From contig CAMWQX010000001.1 in the NCBI GenBank assembly GCA_947176475.1, positions 1 through 24,136 on the forward strand: DNA of 24,136 nt, read 5' to 3'. The notes under the pieces were generated by a model. It was not told the origin of the DNA and made no database searches. It saw nothing but the letters and a program-made list of their open reading frames with translations. Both the position numbers and the translations under genes were made by a program. Of the stretch, positions 16,776-24,136 are shown piece after piece (the stretch's first letter is position 1; each line of letters begins with the position of its first letter). Origin of the DNA: an uncultured Bacillota bacterium. Its GTDB lineage: Bacteria; Bacillota_I; Bacilli_A; RF39; UBA660.

Positions 16776-17315
16776 ATGAGTAGAATAGGAAATAGAGTAT
16801 TAAGTATTCCTGAAGGTGTTACTTGCACAATCGCTGATAATACGATTACTGTTAAGGGACCTAAAGGAGAATTATCATACACTTTTGATAGCACAATGAC
16901 TGTTGCTGTTGAAGAAGGAAAATTAAATGTTACTCGTGAAAACGAAACTAAAAGAGTTAAATCTCTACATGGTACAACAAATGCATTAATTGCTAATATG
17001 CTAACTGGTGTATCAAAAGGATTCCAAAAAGGATTAGAAGCTGTTGGTGTTGGTTACAAATTCAGCGTAGCTGGTAAAAAAGTAACTGTCAATGCCGGTT
17101 ATTCTCATCCAGTTGAATTAACTGCTCCAGAAGGTGTTTCTGTTGAAGCAGTATCCAATACAGAAATTACTGTAAGTGGAATTGATAAACAAAAAGTATC
17201 TGAATTTGCGGCTAATATTCGTAAGATTCGTAAGCCAGAACCTTATAAAGGTAAGGGTATACGTTATAAAGGCGAATACGTAAGACGTAAAGAAGGAAAG
17301 AAAGCAGCTAAATAG
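16776..17315 (+). CDS. rplF: 50S ribosomal protein L6 (uL6)
   Basis: [32 protein letters not shown]; ATG at 16776. Confidence 0.99.
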   Translation: MSRIGNRVLSIPEGVTCTIADNTITVKGPKGELSYTFDSTMTVAVEEGKLNVTRENETKRVKSLHGTTNALIANMLTGVSKGFQKGLEAVGVGYKFSVAGKKVTVNAGYSHPVELTAPEGVSVEAVSNTEITVSGIDKQKVSEFAANIRKIRKPEPYKGKGIRYKGEYVRRKEGKKAAK

Positions 17316-17332
17316 GTAGGAGGAGAAAAAAT

Positions 17333-17689
17333 ATGATTAAGAAAGAATCAACAAACGTTGCAAGACAAAGAAGACATGCAAGAGTTCGTAAGAATGTTTT
17401 TGGAACTAATGAATGTCCAAGATTAAATGTATTTAGATCTAATTCTCAAATATTCGCTCAAATTATTGATGACGAAAAAGGTACTACCTTAGTTAGCTCT
17501 TCAAGCGTTGAACTAAAAATAAAAAATGGTGGAAACGCTGAAGGTGCTAAATTAGTTGGTGCTGATATTGCTAAAAAAGCAGTAAAAGCTGGAATTAAAT
17601 CAGTAGTATTTGATAGAGGTGGTTACCAATATCATGGTCGTGTTGCTGCTCTAGCAGAAGCTGCACGTGAAAATGGATTGGAATTTTAG
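17333..17689 (+). CDS. rplR: 50S ribosomal protein L18 (uL18)
   Basis: [26 protein letters not shown]. Confidence 0.99.
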   Translation: MIKKESTNVARQRRHARVRKNVFGTNECPRLNVFRSNSQIFAQIIDDEKGTTLVSSSSVELKIKNGGNAEGAKLVGADIAKKAVKAGIKSVVFDRGGYQYHGRVAALAEAARENGLEF

Positions 17690-17699
17690 GAGGTAAATT

Positions 17700-18209
17700 A
17701 TGGCAAGACAAGAAAAAGTAATGGATCCTAAGAAAAAGCTTTTAGATGAAAAAGTTATAAACATCGGAAGAGTAACAAAAGTTACTAAAGGTGGACGTGA
17801 TTTTAAATTCTCTGCTGCTATGGTAGTAGGAGATGGAAAAGGCTTAGTAGGAATTGGAACAGGTAAAGCTAAAGAAGTACCTGAAGCTATTAGTAAAGGT
17901 TTACAAGCTGCTAATAAAAACTTAGTAAGAGTTTCTTTAGTAGATAATCGTACTATTCCTCATGAAGCAATCGGTGAATGTGGAAGAGCTAGAGTTTTAA
18001 TTAAACCAGCTCCAAAAGGAACAGGTATCATCGCTGGTGGTGCTGCTCGTGCAGTATTAGAACTTGCTGGTGTTAAAGATATCGTTGCTAAATCACTTGG
18101 TTCAAATACTAAAGTTAACGTTGCTAAAGCAACATTAGAAGCATTAAAATCTGAACGTACAGCTGAACAAATCGCTGAATTACGTGGTAAGAAAGTGGAG
18201 GAGTTATAA
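17700..18209 (+). CDS. rpsE: 30S ribosomal protein S5 (uS5)
   Basis: [34 protein letters not shown]. Confidence 0.99.
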   Translation: MARQEKVMDPKKKLLDEKVINIGRVTKVTKGGRDFKFSAAMVVGDGKGLVGIGTGKAKEVPEAISKGLQAANKNLVRVSLVDNRTIPHEAIGECGRARVLIKPAPKGTGIIAGGAARAVLELAGVKDIVAKSLGSNTKVNVAKATLEALKSERTAEQIAELRGKKVEEL

Positions 18210-18210
18210 T

Positions 18211-18651
18211 ATGAAATTAGAAAATTTAAGTAAATCTCCAGAAGCTAAAACAAGAAAAAGAGTTGGACGTGGACCAGGATCAGGAATGGGTAAAACTGCT
18301 ACTCGTGGTGAAAATGGTCAAAAGTCTAGAAGTGGTGTTAGTATTTCACCTTGGTTCGAAGGTGGACAAACTCCATTATACAGAAGAGTTCCTAAAAGAG
18401 GATTTAACAATGCAAGATTCAGAACTGAATATGCAACAATTAATCTATCAGACTTAAATAGATTCAATGATGGAGACATAGTTACTCCAGAACTATTAAA
18501 GGAATTAGGAATTGTTAAAAAGCAATTAGCTGGTATTAAAGTACTTGCTAATGGTAATTTAGAAAAGAAGGTTACTGTAAGAGCTCATAGATTCTCATCT
18601 AAAGCTGTTACTAAGATTGAGGAAAAAGGCGGAACAGCTGAGGTGATTTAA
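18211..18651 (+). CDS. rplO: 50S ribosomal protein L15 (uL15)
   Basis: RVGRGPGSGMGKT, FEGGQTPLYRRVPKRGF; ATG at 18211 with SD GGAGGAG. Confidence 0.99.
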   Translation: MKLENLSKSPEAKTRKRVGRGPGSGMGKTATRGENGQKSRSGVSISPWFEGGQTPLYRRVPKRGFNNARFRTEYATINLSDLNRFNDGDIVTPELLKELGIVKKQLAGIKVLANGNLEKKVTVRAHRFSSKAVTKIEEKGGTAEVI

Positions 18652-18652
18652 A

Positions 18653-19945
18653 ATGTTCAAGAATCTTAAAGGATTATTTAGTCCGAACAATAAAGATTTG
18701 CGAAAAAGAATTTACTTCACCTTACTTGTGTTAACAGTCTTTTCCTTAGGAACTAATATAATTGTTCCTGGCGCAAAGCAAATTACACAAAGCTTAGGTT
18801 TCTTAGATTTATTAAACCTAATGAGTGGTGGTAGTTTAAAGACTTTTTCAATATTTGCATTAGGAGTTATGCCTTATATTACAGCATCAATTCTTACGCA
18901 ATTATTACAAATGGATATTGTTCCATATTTTAAAGAATTAAAAGAACAAGGAGCTACCGGTAGACAAAAGATAAATAGAATTAACCGTTACTTAGGTATC
19001 CTATTTGCTTTTGTTCAAGGTTATATATATTCCGTTGCCTTTATGGGTGGAACAACTGCTGAAGTCCTAAAGACAACCCTTATATTAACTGCTGGAACAT
19101 CTCTATTACTATGGCTAGCTGATCAAATATCTAATAAAGGATTGGGAAATGGTGTATCATTGTTCATCATGGCAGGTATTGTTAATACTTTACCATCGAC
19201 ATTTATTGATGCATTTAAAGACTTTATTATGGCAGATAGCTTAAGTAAGGCTTTAGGAATTATCCTTTTTGTTGCATTTATCATTGCTTATTTAATTATT
19301 TTAATAGGTGTTGTATACATGCAAATAAGTGAAAGAAGAATTCCAATACAACATAGTACAAGAACAGACAGTTCTTACGCCAAAGAACAATCTTATATAC
19401 CTTTAAAATTAAATTCAGCAAGTGTTATGCCTGTAATCTTCGCAAACGCACTTACAAGCATACCACAATTAATTGCACAAGTAATTAATAATGAGGCATT
19501 TAGAAATTTTGTTGATAAGTATATTGTATATACTTCCTTAACAGGATATATTCTTTATGTTATCTTAATATTCGCTTTTGGATATGTTTATACCTTAATG
19601 GAACTTAATCCAAAGGAAATGAGTGAAAATCTCGATAAGAATAGAAGCTATATTCCGGGAATAACTCCTGGAGAAAAAACAACTGCATACTTAAAAGGAA
19701 CAATTTCTAGACTTACTGTTGTTGGAAGTTTATTTCTAGTAGCTATTGCTTCTATTCCAATAATATTTAGTAAAATATCTGGTATGTCCATTGTTTCTGG
19801 TTTATCAATTTCTAAATCAGTAACACTTGGAGGTACTGGACTATTAATAGTAGTTGGTGTTGCTCTTGAAACTTATAAACAACTTGAAAGTAGCATCGTG
19901 TCACGTAGTTATCAAGGAAGTAGAAAGAGAAGACATAGAAGATGA
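18653..19945 (+). CDS. secY: Preprotein translocase subunit SecY
   Basis: FSIFALGVMPYITASI, GLGNGVSLFI, YIPGITPG, LGGTGLLIVVGV; multiple TM helices. Confidence 0.99.
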   Translation: MFKNLKGLFSPNNKDLRKRIYFTLLVLTVFSLGTNIIVPGAKQITQSLGFLDLLNLMSGGSLKTFSIFALGVMPYITASILTQLLQMDIVPYFKELKEQGATGRQKINRINRYLGILFAFVQGYIYSVAFMGGTTAEVLKTTLILTAGTSLLLWLADQISNKGLGNGVSLFIMAGIVNTLPSTFIDAFKDFIMADSLSKALGIILFVAFIIAYLIILIGVVYMQISERRIPIQHSTRTDSSYAKEQSYIPLKLNSASVMPVIFANALTSIPQLIAQVINNEAFRNFVDKYIVYTSLTGYILYVILIFAFGYVYTLMELNPKEMSENLDKNRSYIPGITPGEKTTAYLKGTISRLTVVGSLFLVAIASIPIIFSKISGMSIVSGLSISKSVTLGGTGLLIVVGVALETYKQLESSIVSRSYQGSRKRRHRR

Positions 19946-20589
19946 AAAATATAATCTTTATTGCTCCCCCTGCAGCAGGAAAGGGAACACAAAGTGAATT
20001 GCTAGTAAAAAAATATGGATTTGCTCATGTTTCAACAGGAGATCTATTGAGAAATGAAGTTGCTGAACAAACAGAACTTGGACGTGAAATTGAAGAAAAA
20101 ATGCAACAAGGTATTCTAATCAGTAATGAAATAGTAAGTGCTTTGTTAAAAAAACGCTTAAGTCAAAAAGATAATGAAGCAGGTTACATTCTTGATGGAT
20201 ATCCTAGAAAATATGAACAATGCAAAATGCTAGAGAATATTATGCAAGAATTAAATATGAAAGTAGATGTTGTTTTATATCTTGATATGGATGAAGAAAC
20301 AGCAATGCATCGTGCCTTAGGTCGTATAACTTGTCCAAAATGCGGACGTGGTTTTAATAGATATGAGGAAGCGACAAAGCCTAAGACAGAAAATATCTGT
20401 GATGATTGCAATGTTGAATTAACTTCTCGTAGTGATGATAATGAAGAATCATTTAAGATTCGCTTTAATCAATATGTTAATGAAGTTGAACCAATATTGA
20501 ATTATTATAAAGAATTAGGTATACTTAAAATAATTGATAATAGTGGTACACCTGAGAGTACTTTTGCTAAAATAGAAGAAGTGATTTAA
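19942..20589 (+). CDS. adk: Adenylate kinase with Zn-type LID
   Basis: P-loop APPAAGKGT, STGDLLR, LDGYPR; LID CPKC-X18-CDDC. Confidence 0.99.
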   Translation: MKNIIFIAPPAAGKGTQSELLVKKYGFAHVSTGDLLRNEVAEQTELGREIEEKMQQGILISNEIVSALLKKRLSQKDNEAGYILDGYPRKYEQCKMLENIMQELNMKVDVVLYLDMDEETAMHRALGRITCPKCGRGFNRYEEATKPKTENICDDCNVELTSRSDDNEESFKIRFNQYVNEVEPILNYYKELGILKIIDNSGTPESTFAKIEEVI

Positions 20590-21335
20590 TGATTAATATA
20601 TATAGTGATGATGAGATTAAAATAATTAAAGAATCTGGACATATTACATATATGTGTCATCAACATATGAAACAGTTCATTAAACCGGGAGTTACTACTA
20701 AATTCTTAGATGATGAAGCAGGAAGGTTTATTACCGAACAAGGCGGAGTCCCAAGTTGTTTAAACTATGAGGGCTTCCCTCGTAATATCTGCATATCAAT
20801 AAATGATGAAGTTGTCCACGGAATGGGCTCTGAAAGACAACTAAGAGAAGGAGATATTGTAACCTTAGATATCTGCACACTTTATAAAGGTTATCATTCA
20901 GATTCTGCATGGTCTTATCCCGTAGGTAAAGTAAATAAAACAAAAGAACACTTACTTTATCATACAGAAAAAGCCCTTTATGCAGGCTTAAAAGAACTTA
21001 AAAATGGCGTTCCACTTGGAAATGCTTCAGCAAGAATTCAACAATATGCTGAAAAACACAGCTTAGGCGTTATTCGCGAATTGGTTGGACATGGTGTGGG
21101 ACATGAATTACATGAAGATCCTGATGTACCAAATTATGGTAAATATAATTCAGGAGTTGTCTTACGTACTGGCATGGTAATAGCGGTTGAACCGATGTTA
21201 ACAGCTGGCGATAGACACGTTGTTATGCTTGATGATGATTGGACAATAGTAACTGAGGATGGAAGTCCTGCAGCGCACTATGAACATACAGTTGCCATCC
21301 GAGAAGATGGTTATGAAATACTTACAGGAGAGTGA
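20589..21335 (+). CDS. map: Type I methionine aminopeptidase
   Basis: ISINDEVVHG, DICT...YHSDSA, GHGVG..LHEDP, EPM, AHYEHT. Confidence 0.99.
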   Translation: MINIYSDDEIKIIKESGHITYMCHQHMKQFIKPGVTTKFLDDEAGRFITEQGGVPSCLNYEGFPRNICISINDEVVHGMGSERQLREGDIVTLDICTLYKGYHSDSAWSYPVGKVNKTKEHLLYHTEKALYAGLKELKNGVPLGNASARIQQYAEKHSLGVIRELVGHGVGHELHEDPDVPNYGKYNSGVVLRTGMVIAVEPMLTAGDRHVVMLDDDWTIVTEDGSPAAHYEHTVAIREDGYEILTGE

Positions 21336-21338
21336 AAA

Positions 21339-21563
21339 ATGGCTAAAGAGCAAAAAATCGAAGTCGATGGAAAAGTAATCGACATCAATCATGATATCTA
21401 TACTGTCGAGTTAGATAATAAAGTTGTTGTAACTGCCCGTGTTTCTGGTAAAATACGACTTAACATGATTCGTATTTTAGCAGGTGATAGAGTTACAGTA
21501 GCGTTGTCACCAACTGATTTAACACATGGGATAATAAAATATAGAAAAAAAGAAGAAAAATAA
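21339..21563 (+). CDS. infA: Translation initiation factor IF-1 (divergent)
   Basis: [21 protein letters not shown]; canonical position map-infA-rpmJ. Confidence 0.96.
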   Translation: MAKEQKIEVDGKVIDINHDIYTVELDNKVVVTARVSGKIRLNMIRILAGDRVTVALSPTDLTHGIIKYRKKEEK

Positions 21564-21576
21564 ATGGAGGTTTATT

Positions 21577-21690
21577 ATGAAGGTAAGAGCAAGCGTTAAG
21601 AAAATCTGCCCTAAATGTAGAATAATAAGAAGAAAAGGTAAAGTTATGGTTATTTGTGAAAATCCAAAACACAAACAAAAACAAGGTTAG
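21577..21690 (+). CDS. rpmJ: 50S ribosomal protein L36 (bL36), Zn-binding; missed by the ORF track
   Basis: Manual translation [37 protein letters not shown]; SD GGAGG upstream. Confidence 0.99.
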   Translation: MKVRASVKKICPKCRIIRRKGKVMVICENPKHKQKQG

Positions 21691-21704
21691 GAGGATAAAA
21701 GATT

Positions 21705-22079
21705 ATGGCACGTATTAAAAATATCGAATTACCAAAAGATAAGGCTTTATATATTGGATTAACTGCTATTTATGGTATTGGACAAAGCACTGCAAAGAAA
21801 ATTTGTAAAGATGCAGGTGTTGATCCAGAAATGAAAGTTAGAGATTTAGACTTAGATCAAGAAAGCAAAATAAGATCAGAAGTTGATAATTATGTTGTTG
21901 AAGGAGAACTTCGCCGTGAAGTTCAAATGAACATCAAAATGAAAATGGAAATTGGATCATACCAAGGAAGTAGACATAAAAAAGGTTTACCAGTTCATGG
22001 ACAAAGTACAAGAAGTAATGCTCGTACTAGAAAAGGAAAAGGTAAAGTTGTTGCTAACAAGAAAAAAGTTGGTAAATAA
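21705..22079 (+). CDS. rpsM: 30S ribosomal protein S13 (uS13)
   Basis: [34 protein letters not shown]. Confidence 0.98.
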   Translation: MARIKNIELPKDKALYIGLTAIYGIGQSTAKKICKDAGVDPEMKVRDLDLDQESKIRSEVDNYVVEGELRREVQMNIKMKMEIGSYQGSRHKKGLPVHGQSTRSNARTRKGKGKVVANKKKVGK

Positions 22080-22099
22080 TTGAACGGAGGTTAATTTAT

Positions 22100-22483
22100 A
22101 TGGCTTATAATAGAAGAAAAAGAAAAATTAAAAAGAATATACCTGAAGCACAAGCTCATATTTCTTCATCTTATAATAATACATTAGTAACTATTACTGA
22201 TAAAGAAGGAAATACAATAAGCTGGGCTTCATCTGGAACTATTGGATATAAAGGTTCTAAGAAGAAAACTCCTTATGCTGCAGGATTAGCTGCTGAACAA
22301 GCTGGTAAAGCTGCAATGGATGCTGGAGTTGTTAAAGTTGAAGTATTTGTTAAAGGATTAGGTGGAGGACGTGAAACAGCAATACGTTCACTACAAGCTG
22401 TAGGACTAGAGATAACTTCTATTAACGATGAAACACCAGTACCACATAATGGATGTAGACCACCAAAACGTCCAAGAAATTAG
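22100..22483 (+). CDS. rpsK: 30S ribosomal protein S11 (uS11)
   Basis: [27 protein letters not shown]. Confidence 0.99.
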   Translation: MAYNRRKRKIKKNIPEAQAHISSSYNNTLVTITDKEGNTISWASSGTIGYKGSKKKTPYAAGLAAEQAGKAAMDAGVVKVEVFVKGLGGGRETAIRSLQAVGLEITSINDETPVPHNGCRPPKRPRN

Positions 22484-22512
22484 ATTATAATTAAGAGAGT
22501 GAGGATTTAAAT

Positions 22513-23451
22513 ATGAATTTTGAAAAACCAGAATATAAAATTACTGAATATGTAGAAAGTAAGAATTATGGTAAATTTGAACTAGAACCTTTAGAAAGAG
22601 GTTTTGGAACAACTATTGGTAATGCCCTAAGAAGAGTAATGCTATCTAGTATGCCAGGAAGTGCAGTTACTAGTGTTAAAATCGATGGAGTTTTACACGA
22701 ATTCCAAAAGATTGAAGGCGTAAGAGAAGATGTTATGAACATCATCTTAAATATTAAAACTCTTGTTGTTAAAAATCATTCTACGGAAAAGAAAGTAATG
22801 AGATTATCTGCATCTACAGAAGGCGCTGTAACAGCTGCTATGATTGATCATGATGCTGATATCGAAATCGTAAATCCTGATTTAGTTATTTGTAATTTAG
22901 TTAAGGGTGGAAAAATCGATATTGAGATGACTGTTGATAATGGTCGTGGATATGTTGATGCAAAAGAAAATAAGAAGACAATCGGTGAAACAGTTGGATT
23001 AATTCCTATTGATTCAATTTATTCTCCAGTAGAAAAAGTTGCCTTCGAAGTTGAAAATGCTCGTGTTGGACACAACGAAAATTATGACAAATTAATCATG
23101 TATGTATATACAAATGGTTCAATTACACCAGAAGAATGTATGGCCTTAGCTAGCCGTATCCTAATTGAACACCTAAATATTGTTGCTGATTTAAATCAAA
23201 TCGCTGATATTACTGGTATCATCGCTGAAAAGAAAGTTGATACTATTACTAAAACTCTTGAAACTCCTATTGAAGAAATCGAATTCTCTGTTAGAGCTTA
23301 CAATTGCTTAAAGAGAGCAGGTATTCATACAATGCAAGATTTAATTGATAAGAGAGAAGTAGAAGTTACTAAGATTAGAAACTTAGGTAAGAAATCATTA
23401 AAAGAAGTTATTGATAAAGTTAATGAAATGGGACTAAAGTTCCGCGATTAA
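22513..23451 (+). CDS. rpoA: DNA-directed RNA polymerase subunit alpha
   Basis: EPLERGFGTTIGNALRRVMLSS, VLHEF, FSVRAYNCLKRAGI, NLGKKSL. Confidence 0.99.
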   Translation: MNFEKPEYKITEYVESKNYGKFELEPLERGFGTTIGNALRRVMLSSMPGSAVTSVKIDGVLHEFQKIEGVREDVMNIILNIKTLVVKNHSTEKKVMRLSASTEGAVTAAMIDHDADIEIVNPDLVICNLVKGGKIDIEMTVDNGRGYVDAKENKKTIGETVGLIPIDSIYSPVEKVAFEVENARVGHNENYDKLIMYVYTNGSITPEECMALASRILIEHLNIVADLNQIADITGIIAEKKVDTITKTLETPIEEIEFSVRAYNCLKRAGIHTMQDLIDKREVEVTKIRNLGKKSLKEVIDKVNEMGLKFRD

Positions 23452-23477
23452 CATTATTGTAAGGAGGGAAAATACTA

Positions 23478-23819
23478 ATGTATAGAAAATTAAGTAGAGA
23501 ATCTAGAATTAGAAGAAGTATATTAGCCGGAATTACTAAAGATGTAATCATGAATGAAGGAGTTACTACTACTGAAGCTCGTGCTAAAGAAGTTAGAAAA
23601 TTCGTTGAAAAAATGATTACTTATGGAAAAGATGGATCTTTAGTTGCTCGTAGAAAAGCCTTAGCTTTCTTACATAACGATAAAGATGTAGTTAATAAAA
23701 TATTTAATGAATTAGCTCCTCGTTATGCTGAGAGAAATGGTGGATATACAAGAATCATTAAATTAAAAGAAAGAGTTGGAGACGATGCTCTAACTGTAAG
23801 ACTTGAATTAGTTGACTAA
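23478..23819 (+). CDS. rplQ: 50S ribosomal protein L17 (bL17)
   Basis: YRKL, TTEARAKEVR, ERNGGYTRIIK. Confidence 0.99.
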   Translation: MYRKLSRESRIRRSILAGITKDVIMNEGVTTTEARAKEVRKFVEKMITYGKDGSLVARRKALAFLHNDKDVVNKIFNELAPRYAERNGGYTRIIKLKERVGDDALTVRLELVD

Positions 23820-23832
23820 TCAAGTCTTTTTT
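23798..23832 (+). terminator. Terminator of the ribosomal superoperon
   Basis: AAGACTTGA-a-TTAG-ttga-CTAA-TCAAGTCTT plus T-tract, containing the rplQ stop. Confidence 0.88.
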
Positions 23833-23850
23833 CTTTATAATAGATTTGTG

Positions 23851-24114
23851 ATGAATATGAAATTTAATGAAACTAAAAAAGTTGGTATGGATATCTTTCT
23901 TATTAATGTAATATTGTTATTATTTATCTATAGTAAAGACGGGCTTTCCCTTTTTAATCTTATATTGGGAGTATCATCTTCCCTAATAGCCGTTAGCCTA
24001 AACATTTATTACATAATTAAAGGTTCTAAAACCAAAATAAATAAGATATTCTTAATAATAAACATATTAGTCTCATTAGGTATAATTACCTTATTAATTT
24101 TTAATATCATTTAA
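23851..24114 (+). CDS. Small hydrophobic membrane protein (about 3 TM); start uncertain (23851 or 23857)
   Basis: Three hydrophobic stretches. The ORF-track start at 23812 overlaps rplQ and the terminator, so it is unlikely. Candidate promoter TTGACT(23812)-N18-TATAAT(23836). Confidence 0.6.
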   Translation: MNMKFNETKKVGMDIFLINVILLLFIYSKDGLSLFNLILGVSSSLIAVSLNIYYIIKGSKTKINKIFLIINILVSLGIITLLIFNII

Positions 24115-24136
24115 AAAAAGTGGGAAGATTATTTAC

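Noticed and set aside
20320-20412. Adk LID Cys spacing X18 instead of the common X16
   Set aside because: A small loop-length variation with all four Zn ligands kept; unlikely to matter.
22483-22513. No rpsD between rpsK and rpoA
   Set aside because: Normal for Bacilli, where rpsD lies elsewhere.
1-24136. Genetic code 4 (UGA=Trp), suggested by Mollicute-like features
   Set aside because: Conserved Trp residues use TGG, and TGA ends yhcG, secY and map at their expected ends.

Overview
AT-rich, entirely + strand window from a low-GC Gram-positive (Bacilli-type) chromosome using genetic code 11 (TGG Trp, TGA stops). The divergent r-proteins and ORFan-rich flanks suggest an uncultured, genome-reduced lineage such as RF39; that assignment is inference. 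Bases 1-9550 are mostly accessory genes around rpsO-pnp: a 5'-truncated YhcG/DUF1016 PD-(D/E)XK nuclease, an ADP-ribosyltransferase-like ORFan, a SAM methyltransferase-like ORFan, rpsO with an S15-type leader, pnp overlapping DUF1653, a Cys-rich sortase-type (SPKTG) surface protein, a GH73 glucosaminidase and three hypothetical proteins. Most have their own sigmaA promoter and terminator. Bases 9620-23830 are the S10-spc-alpha ribosomal superoperon (S10 leader, rpsJ to rplQ, secY, adk, map, infA, rpmJ, rpoA). Notable deviations: rpmD (uL30) is cleanly absent, the uL22 exit-tunnel hairpin is rewritten, the uL24 C-terminal hairpin is replaced by a Lys/Thr tail, uL3 has a 71-aa acidic tail, and the uL16 loop and IF1 are divergent. 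No rRNA, tRNA, CRISPR array or IS element was seen. No complete novel multi-gene system can be demonstrated from sequence alone. The best leads are the remodelled large subunit and the nuclease/ART-like/MTase-like gene run. Family assignments and reference comparisons are from recalled motifs, not database searches.
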